Assembly (NCBI GenBank): GCA_037447605.1
Contig: CM074806.1
Location: forward strand, 3,968,001-4,032,000
Source: Zygnema circumcarinatum SAG 698-1b
Taxonomy: Eukaryota; Plantae; Zygnematophyceae
Length of the DNA: 64,000 bases
Direction of reading: 5' to 3'
The notes below the pieces were generated by a model that searched no databases, was not told where the DNA came from, and worked only from the letters and a program-made list of their open reading frames with translations. Positions within the stretch are counted from its first letter, which is position 1. Every line of letters starts with the position of its first letter. Positions 47,001 through 60,897 of the stretch are shown here, piece by piece. A program made the translations under genes and the position numbers.

Positions 47001-49267
47001 TTTGATAAAGGAGCCTCCGCCACTGTGCTACTCGCGGGAAACACAAAACTGATTGGAGTGAATACACAGTTAAGCAGTGGAAGATGGCGAACTCGAACGG
47101 ACAAATGCGGCAGACCAGGAATAGCATAGCCACTTTCTGAAGGCCCCACCTCAGCACCAGTTCCATCTACTTGGGATGGACGGGGAAACTTATGCACATC
47201 ATCTCTGTTCCAGCTAAACAACAAATCCGTAATCTGCTGTTTATGATGAGGTTGTGACGATGTATCTGCTGATTTAGAGATTTTCAGGTCTGGAGTTTCG
47301 TTATTCGCTGCAGAAGCATCGAGAAGGTCTTGAACGAGTAACTGCTCATAGTCGGCATAGGCTCCACTGCCGGCTGGAAGTGGCAAGGGCGTTCCTGGGT
47401 ATGATTCATGGGCTTCCTGGATAGACAAAACTTGATAAGCAACAGTACTGAACGACATGATAAATCAACAATCCTTTCATCGAACATTTAACATGAATTG
47501 TGAATGCTTTTAAGGCCATCATTATCCTCACCTCTGACAAAGCTGTAAAGATGCAGCAAGAGTGCACCGCACTATCGCGCAGATAGAGCAAGAGGCGCAG
47601 AATGTGTCGATGAACATCACTAAGAGCACGGGTGGTGACCACCACGACCTTCCCTAGCGAGCCTCCTTCAGCCGCTATTCCCTGCACTAATTACCAAAAA
47701 GAGAACCCCACAAATGCAACAATCCCATGTTCAATAAACCATCCTCTGGATAGCGGAAGCGAATTTGTCATCAAGCCGAAATAAGAGTAGCTTGACAGTT
47801 CAAACTGAAGATTCTGTATGAAAACTGAAAATATTTATCTGCCCGTGTGAAATTCTGAAGCAAGTTTGGGCCTCTTTCATACACATTCAGTGATTGCCAA
47901 ATAAGGCTTTCACGAAAAATGATTACACTGATCCCATAAGGTTACCTCTTCATATTGTTCGGCTGGCAAGGGTCAGAACCCAGCTTTCTTCATAGCCAAG
48001 AATTAGACAAAGCCTAGAAGTCAACGAAGGGCTTTCCCAATCAAATTCCTAAGCAATTTCAGAACATCCTTAAAAAAATTCTTACAATTTCTGCCAAGGC
48101 CAATAATGTTGGAAGAAAAACTACCAAATAAAGGAATTGCTCTTAAGCTCAACAATACAATGATTTTGCGTTCTTGCAAGAGTGAAAGGCCAAATGATTC
48201 TGAATTCAATAGGCTGAGTAAAACATGAAATGAAGGAAAGGCCTATCGAATCCAAGTGAAGTCCATTCTTGTAAAACATTAGTCAGATGTTTATTGATCA
48301 AACTTTCAGACCTGAATCCTTCCCGCAAATGAGAAGTTCCCCCAACCAGGACAGTCCCCTGACACTTGATGATAAGCGGGATGTCCGGCTCCACCAAGGA
48401 AGTGGGACCCATTGAAACTTGACATTAGGAAATCAAGATGCATTCACCTTATCCCAAGGGGAGGCGTCTTCCAGGGAGCAGACCGCCCTGGCCCCCAAGG
48501 CATACAGGAAGGGAAGGCCAAGACTGCAATGTGCCACCTCGCCGGCTCCCATGTCGAGATACAGCAATGACCCATCAATCTCAGCAGCGACCTGCAGGCA
48601 CAGAAATAGGATATTTGTATCTGTTTTTACCCTCTTACCCAGGAAACCGAAAGTTCCATCGCAAATCAATTTCGAAGCTTTGTAGTCAAGTACCTAGTGG
48701 ACCTAGTGAACTTTTCAAAAGCGAAAAGGATATATCCTAACCGCAAAACATCATGAAGCGAAATAGTTAATCAGATGCGAATGACCTTCAGGCCATCATC
48801 CAGAAAGATTTAGTGTACAGCGTCTGACTACCTAAAGTGTGAGACGAAATGTGGTTATCCATTGCACAAGAATAACTAACTTAATGAACTGTCTTCCTAT
48901 GGATGGTGTCCTTAACCAAGTAAGCTTGCTTATAGTTCGACACCGTGAGTTTGAGAAACAAAATGCTTCCCAAGACATCCCGATATGATTGTCAGTTAAC
49001 CAAATAACTTATTTAGCTATGACCTATTCAGCAATCACAAATTGATGACGAGTGCTCGCTCGCTTATCCTCGATTATAAATAAAGCCAAAGCACATCTAC
49101 TTCTAGTAATATTTTGCTCTGTAATCTTTTTGCTGTCGTTAATATTCTTATGATGAAGTCCGTGTTAGCTAAAGCACCCGAAAACTCACGTCACGTAAGT
49201 TCAGACCACTTACTTCTGGATTAGTGAAAGTGCGCTTCACTTCCTCTCGAAGATCGATAGACTCCAT
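44028..49267 (-). CDS. MIP3: Sec1-family domain protein MIP3/SCFD2-like, multi-exon
   Basis: LLYLDMGAGE..LGARAVCSLE, VVVVTTRALSDVHRHILRLL, AYADYEQLLVQD, LVVIDRSLDLLTPACHHD, IIFFVVGGI, ILLGGTTLLTPDALYDALLG. Start codon tentative. Confidence 0.88.
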
Positions 49268-50287
49268 GCCCCGTCTCTCGCGAAAATGGATACTGATACA
49301 ACTTAAGGGGCCAAAACGAAACTCTGCTTTGTAAAATAACGAGTCCTGACGATGCCTGTACGCATTACTCGAAGCGCCCTGATTTCCTCCCGCTCTCTAC
49401 TCTCCTCCTCCATCCTCCATGCTTACCTCCTTCCCTGTCTCTTTATCACACACCACTCCGCGCTTGCGCCAAAATGCGCAGCCCTGCAAGACTCCAGAGT
49501 CTTCAGAATGCTCTAAATACTTACTTCTCTTTCTCATTTTCCTTCAAGCCGCTGCGTCTTCCACTCCTCCACACGCCCCTCCTGAACCAGAACAGCTCTC
49601 AGAGCGACCTGGACCTGGACCTGCTGGCTCAAGGTCATGTGGATCGAAAAATAGTCAGGATCAACAAATAGATCAACCTTTACCCAAATCGCCAAGGGCC
49701 CTTTCTACAATTCGAGCAGTTTCAAAAAACATCCAATTAAAATATGTCACGTGTACACATCTCACACGTGGCGAATTTCTATTGGGGAATGCTCGAGAAG
49801 GTCAAAGATTAACTTAAGTCAATGAGGCGCCGGATCAAAGAGCCGTTGCGCCCGCGGACTGAATCGACCGGCCAGTAGATCAACTGTGGATCAACTGCCT
49901 CCCTGCGGAATCTAGCCGTCCAGTAAAAACTGAGTCCACCAGTTGATCGTGTGACCAGAAAAAAGCTTGTGCTTTTGAGAGCAGGCCTGGTTCTGAAAGC
50001 CGGATGAAAACTGCAGGATGCGATTTTATGCATTTTCTGCATCACAAGAAAATAGTGTCCTTCTCCTGCACTTCCGGATGCTGTAGAGGTCTGATTGCCA
50101 CGTTCATCAGGAAGCGGCTGGAGCATTCTGTTTGCTTTTGTTTGAATAACATCGGACATGGAAAGTACCAGCAGCAGACTCATAGACGCAGAAAGCTGCT
50201 AGATGATTGTATTGTATTGTATTGAGTCATATTCGCAATATTTGTGGAATTTGTGGAGCTGGAATTCCTTCGGCGCTCTCCTAGCAA

Positions 50288-53200
50288 ATGGCAACGCCCG
50301 GGGACGACCTTTTGACTACTTCGCAAAATTCGTTTGCTACATTCTCCTCGGACTGTAAATCTTGTAATTCATTTTGCTAAGCTCACATAAACCTCAACTT
50401 TCTTCAAAGCTCCAATGCAAAAAAAACTGAAACAGTCTTCCGCCTTATCGAGCAATGACGACACTTTGCCTACAGCCGTTGACGAAATTTACAGTAATAC
50501 CAATGAGGATAAAAATGTTAAAAAGGAGTATGCTACTGAAGCAGCGCTACGGCATCTTCGCCGTGCAGCCTCCAAAGGACAGATTATCTATTCACAGTGT
50601 ATTCCAAAAAGGTGCATTGTAGCTCCAAACCATCGTAACATTCATTGCTTCATAGTTGTATGAGGGAATGTTCAAATTTCATGAACAGTAGAACTCTCCA
50701 TTCCAGCAGTTTCACGTTTGATTAGCGTGAATTGAAACTATGGAAATTATGAATACTACTCACTGATGTCTCGCTTGTTATCAGGCTGATGTGTGGACTC
50801 CAGTCTCGTTGGACATGTTAATGTCAATTTATTTGAAACTGCTTAAACTTTTTCTTTCCAACTCAGCTGTGACACCTCTGGAATCTCGCCAATGCAGGCC
50901 TGCTCAATATGCCAAATCTACATACATTCCACAGAAATTGACCAGATTACTTAAACGGCAGTAAGTTGTCTTACTTTCTTCTTCCGTCTTAAACAGTAGT
51001 TTTTGCCATTCGTGGCAGACTGATGCAGAGAAGAGTTTTCTTATATCCTTGTGGCTGCAGTTACATGACTCCAAAGATTTCATGGCCTGTAAACATCATG
51101 TGGTCACAATTACACAAGCACATGAACGTTTGAAGGGGGACAATGTCCAGCGCTCCACAAACTCCTTTAATTCTTCTGTTTATACGTGCAGAGGCATTGT
51201 AAAATTGTATTCGCATCAAGTGGCAGCAGTAGATCAGGTCTTGGAAGGCTCTAGCATTGTAGCCGCAACGCCTACTGCATCGGGCAAATCGTTGATGTAT
51301 ACAGTGCCAGTAAATTAATCCCGCCCACCGTTTTTTCATTTTTTTTTTTTTTCAACAGTCGTATCTTGCTGCTCTAAAGAAACGGAGAATACGACATTCT
51401 TGGAAGCATGTTTAGGACTGTGAATATTTATGTTTCGGTCACTGTCCTCTAGTTAAAAAAATATGTTTTTTTTTTTCTCTGTAAGTGCGTGCACGTTTAA
51501 TCATTTGTTATTATTTCTTTAAGTATGACGGATGACATTTTAATCACTATCCGGATGATTTCGTAATTTGTAAGTTGGATAAAAGATGGAAATTCATCAT
51601 TGTTACGGAAACTGAACGTATGGCTAATTTGAGCATATTGCGACATTCCAGGTCTTGGAGGCATTAATGAGCAATCCCAAGTCAAGAGCTTTGTTTATTT
51701 TTCCACTGAAGGTATGTGCAGTCGGTATTAGGAACTATTGAAATTTACAATGAGTGCTCTTAAAAACTCATCTGTGATGCCATCACTGTGTTCACCATGA
51801 ACTCCTCACTTTAGTATGATACATAGAGGTCAGCCAGTCAATAAGGTGACGGAGCATGGAGCCTTCACGACAACTCGGACTATGTATATGAAGTTAGCAA
51901 GAATCAACCCCAGATCAGCATACAATCAACGTTCCATGCTGTTTAATCAATTCATGACACACTTTTGCCCATTTTGCTGTAAAATAGACATGACAGACTT
52001 TTCTAAGAAGCTTTGTGGAGGATCATTGGCTCTGCAGGCACTTGCTCAAGATCAGCTAAAGAGTTTGCGTATGTTCTTGCCCTTATCCAAAAAATCGAGT
52101 GATTAATTTCTTCACTGAGGCCAGCGGGGGAAGAACGAAAGACTGCTGTATGGTGGTTAGCAGTAATCTTGCTGAGGTGGTTCACAGTTTCTAAAATTCA
52201 TCTATTCAAATGATGCATTGTGACAGGCAACTTTCTGAGCCCCATTCGGAAGACCGAGCAATGCTACTGGTGAGTTGCCCCACTTTGCACCTTTGGCGCA
52301 TTTCTCGGTAAAAGCCTCTACTTTAAGCCTTCCTTTGAGCTGCCATCTATAGTTCAGGCCCGAAAGCGGTCAATTGGAGTCTGCAGCTAATATTCATTCG
52401 GCTTTGTCGTTTTTGCTCCTCTCATTGATCTGCGAGTAACTATGTCTTTTGTGGAACTGTCTGCTGTCGGTTAAACTGAAAATGGAATCTTGTTGTTTAG
52501 TGGATTCTTGAAATGACTTCGCTGAAAGTTTTTCTGCTTCAGCTACGACGGTGATACAGCAGTAGAAGATCGAGCGCACATACGCAAGCATGCCCATATT
52601 CTTATAACCAATCCAGATATGCTTCATCAAGGCATCCTCCCCAATCATAAGGTGGGAATGCGTTACATCGTCAGGATTTCAGGCAGCTGCCAAAGATTAT
52701 CTGCAAACGTTTTGTAAATGGCATGCCATTGTCTATTACCTTTTCAAGTGTATGTGTTTCCCTGAGGGACTCGCATTCGCAGAGCTAAACATGTGTCAAG
52801 TTGACTGCATTTGTGTTTCCGAATGCAATAGCAGTTGCATCTTCTCAATCTCATTAGGTCTCAATCAAGTATCTATGTCTAAGAATGCCTCTCTCAGTCT
52901 CTTTCTTTCCACTTCTTGCAGCAATGGTCACAGTTTTTCTCAAATCTGAACTTCGTGGTACTTGACGAAGCGCACGTGTACAGAGGCATTTTCGGAAGCC
53001 ATGTTGTAAGCACTCTCATTTGACAACCTCCTCGGTATTTAAGGTTTTGTGTCTTGCATGCTGTCCTTTCAAGAAGAAGAAAAAAAAAAAAAGGGAGAGA
53101 ATTATTGTTTACCTCACTTAAAATACACAACCCATGCATGGTACTGGCAGGGGTGCATTTTACGCCGCTTGATGAGGATTGCACGTCACTATAAAGCTGA

Positions 53201-56200
53201 GCCCATGTTCATATCCTGCTCGGCAACAATCGCAAATCCGCAGGTTGGCTTTCATAATCCATATCTGTGTTGATCTTTGTTGACAACTCTTAATAATGTA
53301 AGTTTGGGCAGGAATTTATAATCTGATATCAAACTCATTTGCAGTGTTAACTCCTTCCTTCGAATGCTTTAGCAATCCTTTCACTCAGTTTTTTAACTGA
53401 GCTGGCTCTACCATACAGTGCTGCTTTCGGCCACTTTTCATAAAGTTGGAGGGTCATGTTGAAGTACTAGTTTACAGTATGGTTTTCTGATTCTCGTAAA
53501 CATGAACCTATCGATCACAATTTCTGAAGGCTGGCTTTAAGCCTCCGAATGCTGATCCTGTTTTCTCCAATTGATGGCCTTGGCAGGAGCATGTTATGCA
53601 GCTGACTTCAACAAATGTAGAAGTGGTTAGAGGGAGCGGGGCCCCTTCAGGCGAAAAGCATATAATATGCTGGCAACCTCCGGAACTCGACAGCAAGAAT
53701 GTCCGTGGGGATGCCACACGCAAGAGTCCATATCAAGAGGCAGCCGACATTGTGGTAATCTCCTCATTTTCGTTATCAGTGCACAGTATGGAAAACAGAA
53801 TGATTCTATCTACGTGTAAAGAATAAGCCGATTACCTTCACCCACTGCAGCTCTCATCGTTTGAAAGATGTGTGAATGCAGGTCGAGCTGATGACTGCAG
53901 GAGTCCAGACACTATGCTTTGTGGAGGCCCGCAAGCTCACTGAAATACTTACTTCCATTATCCACGATAAGCTAAAAAAGAAGGTTCGTAGACTTCACAT
54001 CACTAGCTGCTTCCTGCTCTCACTCCAAATGACACTTGTTGCGGATAATGCGGCAGCCCCTCAAGAGTTCATGAATTACAAGCTCTTTGGTGTGTGCAGA
54101 ACCTCAATCACTTGGTGGACAAAGTCGATAGTTACAGAGCTGGATATAACTCCATGGAACGGCGCAAGCTTGAAATGGTGAGAGGAATTCCCACAGTCAA
54201 ATTTCGATTGCTTTATTCTTGTAACTTTTTGTGGCACAAAAACACAAATGTTGACTAGACATTTTGGCCAGTTTATCGATTTTCAAGCATGAGGCATCTG
54301 GATTTTAGGCAAGTTTGAACGTGCGAGGCCTAGGTATTGTTGATGGGGAAGTCTGCGTTAGCTTAAGGCTTCTTTGCGAAAAAATCTGTTATCTCCAGTT
54401 TACACACGCACAAGTTATCCTTGCATGTGTATGTAAGTAGGCTATGGAGATAAAGTTGTCACAGCCTGCATTCACATGCTGAACTTCCCGTTGATGTTGT
54501 ACATTCTTACTCTACATTTCATGTCCTTTCAGGACCTTCGATCTGGTGCCCTTCAGGCTCTTATCACTACCAATGCATTGGAGTTGGGAATTGATGTGAG
54601 CAAAACTTCCCTGGAGCTTGTCTCAGTGTCAGCTTGCCATACCAAGTCAGTTACTTATGCATGATGTATATGCTACTTGTTTGGGCAGGAATTGAGATGA
54701 ACAAGGTACACCAAATGAAAAATTAAGGTACACCAAATGAAAAATTAAGTGATTGTAATGAGTGGACCCTTATGCTGTTTTTTTACGACAGGTTGGTGCG
54801 CTTGATGCAACAGTGCATGTGGGGGTTCCGTCCTCAGTTTCCAGCCTGTGGCAGCAGGTAAGTTCTGCAACGGTTTTGCCACTTACGCTTGTTCGTTCGT
54901 CAGCCAACATTCACCACACCTCTTCATGAAAGCATTTAGACTATTAATGCCACGTCCATGCCCTTCATGCCCTTCAGTTCACTCCATGCTTTATCGAATT
55001 TCAACTTCTTCTTGCGGACCACTTTATGTCTGGTGTATCGTTGTTGTTGTCAAAATTGCATCTGATTGATTGAACTGCATCGATTTGACATAGGAACCGA
55101 AGACAGGCTGATCGAATGCTGGTTTGAGTAGGCATGATTGCTTTGATAACCCTAGTTTCAGCCAACTACAGATTGGACGATCCGGGCGTCGACAGCTCCC
55201 AAGCTTGGCTGTGATAGTGGCCATGGAGCGTCCACTTGACCAGTTCTACATGCACTTCCCAGAAAAGGTATGCTACTCTCTTTGTCAGCTTCTGAATCTT
55301 CGATGGTCACGGTAGAGACTATTGGATATTTGGACCTGCGTACTAGTAACCTCCTTACTCGTAAATTAATAGTGTTTGATTCAACAGTACACTATTCCTT
55401 AAATTTTGACGTGACATTTTCAGCTTAGATCTGTTTTCAGGCCTCGTTGCACTTCACGAGCCTCTAGAGGACATGAAGGGTGCTGGCAGAGTACTTCAGC
55501 AGTTTTTTCTTCCGAACAACTTGGCACATCAAAACTATTGCTCTAATCATGTTGTGAACAAACTTTCCGGTCACCAGTGTGTCCATCACCGCCAGTTCCA
55601 TGCTTATGCTAGGAAGGCGGAACCTGTCTCACATCTTCGAGATGTCCAATGCAGCTTTTTGAAAAAGAGGCTGAAAGTGCATATATCCACCCAGCAAACC
55701 CGTATCTACTCCGTCTGCATCTGCCATGTGCTGCACGAGAGCTTCCACTCACAGGTGATCTTGGCATTCAGCTCTTTTTTCTTCTTTCTAAATCTGCAGT
55801 TTGTCTAACTGAGCCTGGGCATGTTTGGGCACATATAAATGTGTTCTGAACCAATGAAATGGATGTTGCTTCTGATTGTAAGTGCAGAAGCCGATGGAGA
55901 CCTATTTGGAGGAGCCGCATTTGAGGCTGTAAGAGATGAGCTGGCAGAGGAAGCCGCACTGATTTATGAACAAGGGCCAAAAGGAGATCAGTATCGGTAT
56001 CGATGGGCGGACTCACCGGCTGTTTCAGTACCCATTCGTGGGACCAGCCGAAACCCATTCTTGGTATGAGTCTCCTTCTTATTGTTTAAAGGTGGAGAGT
56101 TGAACGTAGTCGTTTTCTATCTGAGCTCAAGCTAGAAGTAGATAATATGCACTAACAAGCAGTAGTCTTTTTTGGTATGCAGCTGGCAATGTCCTTCTTT

Positions 56201-59200
56201 TATTGCTTGTGAATAATGTCTTATAGCCATTGTTTCCTGTCCTCTTCCACGTTACTGTGAAGACCTTGAGTGAATTTAAATAGTGGTTTGGGGTTGTTTC
56301 AGTTATTCGATGAACAAGGCAAACTCATAGAGGAAATTGACAGCAAGATGGCATTTCGCCAAATTCATGCGGGGGCTGTATACCACCATCGACGAGAAAC
56401 ATATGAGGTGTACATCCCCTGCTACTCATTGGAGGAGGAAGTTTTGTTCCACCTGCTGTTAAAAATTTACAATCAATGACTCAAGAATAATTGTTGTACC
56501 CTCATTTTCATTGTGAGGCCGAACAATAGCATTTTGATTTCGCTGGCCCCTACGAGTCTTTACTGAACATAAGGTTGCATCTGACATCAAGCCTCTTCCA
56601 CCAAGTCACTGTTCTTTAGAGTTTCAACAGAATTTCGTAAACGATTTACCTCTTTTGTGGATCTTTGCAGGTTTTGCGATTGGATGTGGATCAGAGGCGA
56701 GCAATTGCAAGGATCTGCAATTCGTCGTTCACAACAGGTAACTGTCTGTTGAATTCATCGTTTTGAATCACAAAGATCAAACGAGATAGCTACTTCAAAT
56801 TTAATGCGCTTGTACAAAAAACTCACTGCACAAGTATCACACTTTACTGTTGTGGAAAACTTGATGCAATGGACCCATGTTCTCCTCATTCTCTCTTTTC
56901 TGAGGTTAATGCTAGGGCATTAGCCCTCGCAATTGTCTTATGTAACCTGCAGCTCATGTCTACTGACTTACGTCTCGAGATTACACTGACCACCAAATTT
57001 CATGTCTTTGTAAAGAACTCTGGGACATATTTCCGTGCAGTAGTACTTCGATTATTTTTCCTGCAATATGAGAGTCTTGTGCAGATTTGTTGGTGTTGAA
57101 CAGACGTGAAAGAGAGCATTGACATCATCATCTTGGAGGTGAGACGTCGCTCAACTGTGCTCGCCAGCTCTGCGGCTTGGGGAAAGGTAAGGTCCTTCAC
57201 TCTGGCTAAACCTCCTCTACGTCCCTCTCATGTGATTCATTCCATCAGCCCTAATTGGAATCATGCTCTGTATCAGTCAGGTCATTTGGCAGGCACTACT
57301 TGAAAGATTTGGAACACCGAGTGATTTATAGTAAAACCCTGTCAGTGAATACCATCTAAGTGATTTTTTAATTAGAGGGGTCTTTTAAAACTCATTCATT
57401 ACACAGAAAGGAACCGTCTGCTTTGCTTGCACAGCAATCTTTTTGCGTGGTCAACATGCTGACTTAGAAAGTTTCAACCGAGCCTGGTTCGTTGAGGAAA
57501 TTCTGCTCAGCAAATAAAGCCCTTATCCCAACCGTATTTCACTTTAAAAGGGGTTTCATTGATTCAGAAAAATTCACCTGCATTATTTGGCAAACCGACA
57601 GTCCATCTGAGCCTTCACTCAGTTACTTATCATGCACAGTCTTACCATCATGTCTATTTGAAAGCCCGTGGCCATCAACATGAGTGTCAACAATAGTAAT
57701 TTGACTACTTGCAATGAACCTAATGCTTGGTCAATTGGTTTTTTCGGATACTTGGCAGGTGAAGGTCCAAGAACGTGTCAGCTCGTACGCTAAAAAGAAT
57801 TTGCTGACAGAAGCGATTGTGGCAGAAGATCAACTCCAACTTCCCCCGATCGAGTTCGACACTATTGGCATGGTGAATCTTTCTGTCACCCTGCTACATG
57901 TGATTTTATTCTAAGAGAGGCAAGCTGAATCTGATCACCAAAATGTACCCAAACACAAAAAGAAATATACGTAGTCTGAGCTTTGTATAGTTTCATCGAG
58001 TGTTGTCATTTCACTTTGGAAAGACTCTAAACGCACTTACGTGCGCGAGAGTAGTCCTGGTTTGGCCCGGTTGGAAGGCCTATCTGCCCTCTTGCAGCTT
58101 CGGAGGAGCTGGTTATCTGGTCTGATGAATGCTTTGATGAATCTATCGTGTGATGAGGTTGTCAGAGAAGTCAATTTTGACTAGATTCGAGTCCCCGGGT
58201 TACTGCTGTTCTTTTTCTAACGTATATGCCATGCCTGTATCTGCAATTGTTTCTTTAGGATTTTAAGTTAGAAGATTGTCTTGAGCTGTGATCTATAACT
58301 CGAAGGTGCAAAGTGTGTTATCCTCCAAAACTGCAGAAGGATAGGATTAGACATATGGCCTATTGAATGAGATTCCGTTCAATGATGGTGATGTTGTGAT
58401 GACATTGACATGATATTCATCGCTTGGTCCATACAGTGGTGGGACATTCCTCTCAATGTGTGGCAACGGCTCGAGCGAGATGGGGCTCTATATGGCGCCT
58501 TAGTGGCTGTGAAGCGCGTCATTTCAGCGTTGGTGCCCTCTTTCTCTATGTGTAAGCTTGAAATCCATGATCTCACCCTTTCAAACGTGGTGGAGGAACT
58601 CCTTTGTTGAATCAGTTACAGAGTCTTTTGTTGGATCGCCATAAGTTGGCGTCACTAAATTGATCTATTATTGTGCACTTCAGGCGACCGGGTAGACATC
58701 AATGGCTTAGCCACAGCTATCCACGAGCAGACCGGCTGTCCACAAATTTTCATTTATGACGCGCATCCAGGAGGCGTTGGCATCGCTCAACAGGTGCTGT
58801 GCATGCCCACTTCAATCCTCTGATTCAGATGTGGAATCGAAAGTTTGACGTAAATGATCAATCTGTGCTTCAGAGCAGGAAACACTCGATGGCTTAAGTA
58901 TGCATGGTTGTATTGTTAGAGCGTATCCAACAGAGGGATTGATTTGGAAGGTGAAGCATGCAGACATTTCTTCGACTAGGGACACTTTGGAAGGACGCGT
59001 ACCGACTTGTGCAGGCCTGCAGTTGCATGGGCGGCTGCCCTGCCTGCATACAGGTATGCCCGACGTTCCCTCGTCCATATGAGCATGCAGTTACAGGGAT
59101 GCAGCTATTGTGCCCTGACTTACCTCTGTAAATATATAGGATATCGTGCATCAACGGTCCTTAACTTGGAGATAGCTGATGTAACATTGAAGGCGTAGGA

Positions 59201-60000
59201 CTATGCATGCCTCGGAACAACTATGTCAGCTTCCAGCTTAAATAAAAAAGGCGAAATTGCAATGCTGTAGCTGAGAGGAGCCAAGTAGGAGCCATACGAT
59301 GACATCATCATGAACGCGGAACTAGACTCACTGATATACTGCGTGTGGGTTGTTGATGTAGGGATGCAAGTTTGACAGGGCTGACCCGGATGAGATCACA
59401 GAAAAACAAGCCTGTCTATCACTGCTGGAGGGCCTCATTGGCGAGAGGACTGCAGAGGCTCCTAACGGGAATCTACTTAATGAAGGACCGAACCTCGTGT
59501 CCCATGAAGCCCATAACGCATCAGATAAATACAAAGACACAAAGTCACCCACAGCCATTGAAGAGGCTTCCTTGTGGAATGACCCTCAGACAAGTAACAA
59601 CCTTTCTGGTGAAGGAGTTCAGCAGCTGGAGTTTCCAAGAACCAGCTTTGAGGGCCAGCGGGTTGCCAGCCATTTTGACACGTGTGAGGAACATGGTGGC
59701 ACAAATAGCCTTCCTTCAAGGAGTGTTAGGTTAAAAGTCACGCCCGCTCTACTGGCTGTTGATGAGACCTTCATCTCTGCCAAGAGGAAGCAAACAGAAC
59801 AAGGCATAGCGGAGGCTTGTGAGCCTTACAGAACCGCGGACTCGAAGTCTGCAGGAGCGGGATATGGAGGAAGTAGGCAGGCCATCGGAGCTCCAAGTCT
59901 GAACTGGACGAGTAAACAGGTAACGGCGTTCTCGCAGGAGAATCCCTTTGGAAATTTTGCATTAGATGCTCTCAAAAGGCCGTCCGAGAAGAGACGGTAG
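50288..60000 (+). CDS. HRQ1: HRQ1/RecQ4-like DEAH helicase with DUF1998 (MZB) domain, many exons
   Basis: LYSHQ, motif I TPTASGKS (51268-51291), KALAQDQL-type motif, [17 protein letters not shown] (52964-52975), [52 protein letters not shown]. Start exon uncertain. Confidence 0.93.
54703..54749. repeat. Perfect 22-bp tandem duplication in a HRQ1 intron
   Basis: AAGGTACACCAAATGAAAAATT occurs twice, followed by AAG. Confidence 0.95.
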
Positions 60001-60897
60001 CACCAGCAGGCTTTCGACCACTGGTCAGCCATTTCGTTAAGATTGCTGTTTTCTCAAGAGATCTAACGGTGGCCGACCAAGTTCCATTGGCATACTGATC
60101 ACTCTTTAACTTTCGGGCCCTTTAAGTGGATGGAATCTGCGCGGAAACTGAATAAGCTGCAGCGGTAGGATTCAGACGATGGATGTTAACGCGTCTTTGA
60201 AATAAGCGAAACTTTGCTTTGTAACTTTCCATTGGTCGCTGTGTAACAATCATGTTGACTACGTCCAAGTTGCATGGATGGCTCCTTCAGCTGCCAATGA
60301 GTGCAAGCCCTCCCACTCCCCCGGACGATACAAGCAGGAACGGTGTTGTTATCGCACTCGTGGCTCACAGAGATCTCTCCATTGCTCTGAACACAGGAGC
60401 GATCTGCCTCATTCCTCATTATGGTTCATATCCGTTGAATGGTGAAGATGTGACATTGTGGTAGAATGTACTTGAACATTTAATTTGAAGGCTTGGAATT
60501 ATTTTCTAAGCCTTTTTTGACATTATGAATCATGGTATGAATGGTAGCCCGAAAAATCCCAATGGTTGCAATTGACAGAGTTGGTCTACCAATGACTCCC
60601 AACCGTTGGAATAGTTTGAGCCATTCGTGTTGCCAATGGTTGCGAACAGTTAGCAACGATTGGCTCGCCAACCTAGCCAACCATTGCAAACGATTTGCTT
60701 TTTCTAGGTGGCTAGCCAATCAATGGCCAGAGTCGCCAGACTCAAGCTATTGCCAATAGCAAGATTCGAACCCGCGATCGGCCGCCCTCTCCCTCTCCCT
60801 CTCCCTCTCCCTCTCTCTGAGGGAGGCGGCTGTTCCTTCTGCTCTCTCCCGCCCTTCCTCTCTCCTCTCCTCTCCTGCAGGCGGGCGGGCGGGCGCC

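Noticed and set aside
59158-59165. U12-type branch point TCCTTAAC in a HRQ1 intron
   Set aside because: The upstream donor is GTATGCC rather than the U12 consensus RTATCCTT, and the probable acceptor is too far away.
60763-60773. tRNA B-box/T-arm-like GGGTTCGAATC on the minus strand
   Set aside because: The upstream sequence on that strand is a GAGAGG microsatellite, with no D-arm, anticodon arm or acceptor stem.
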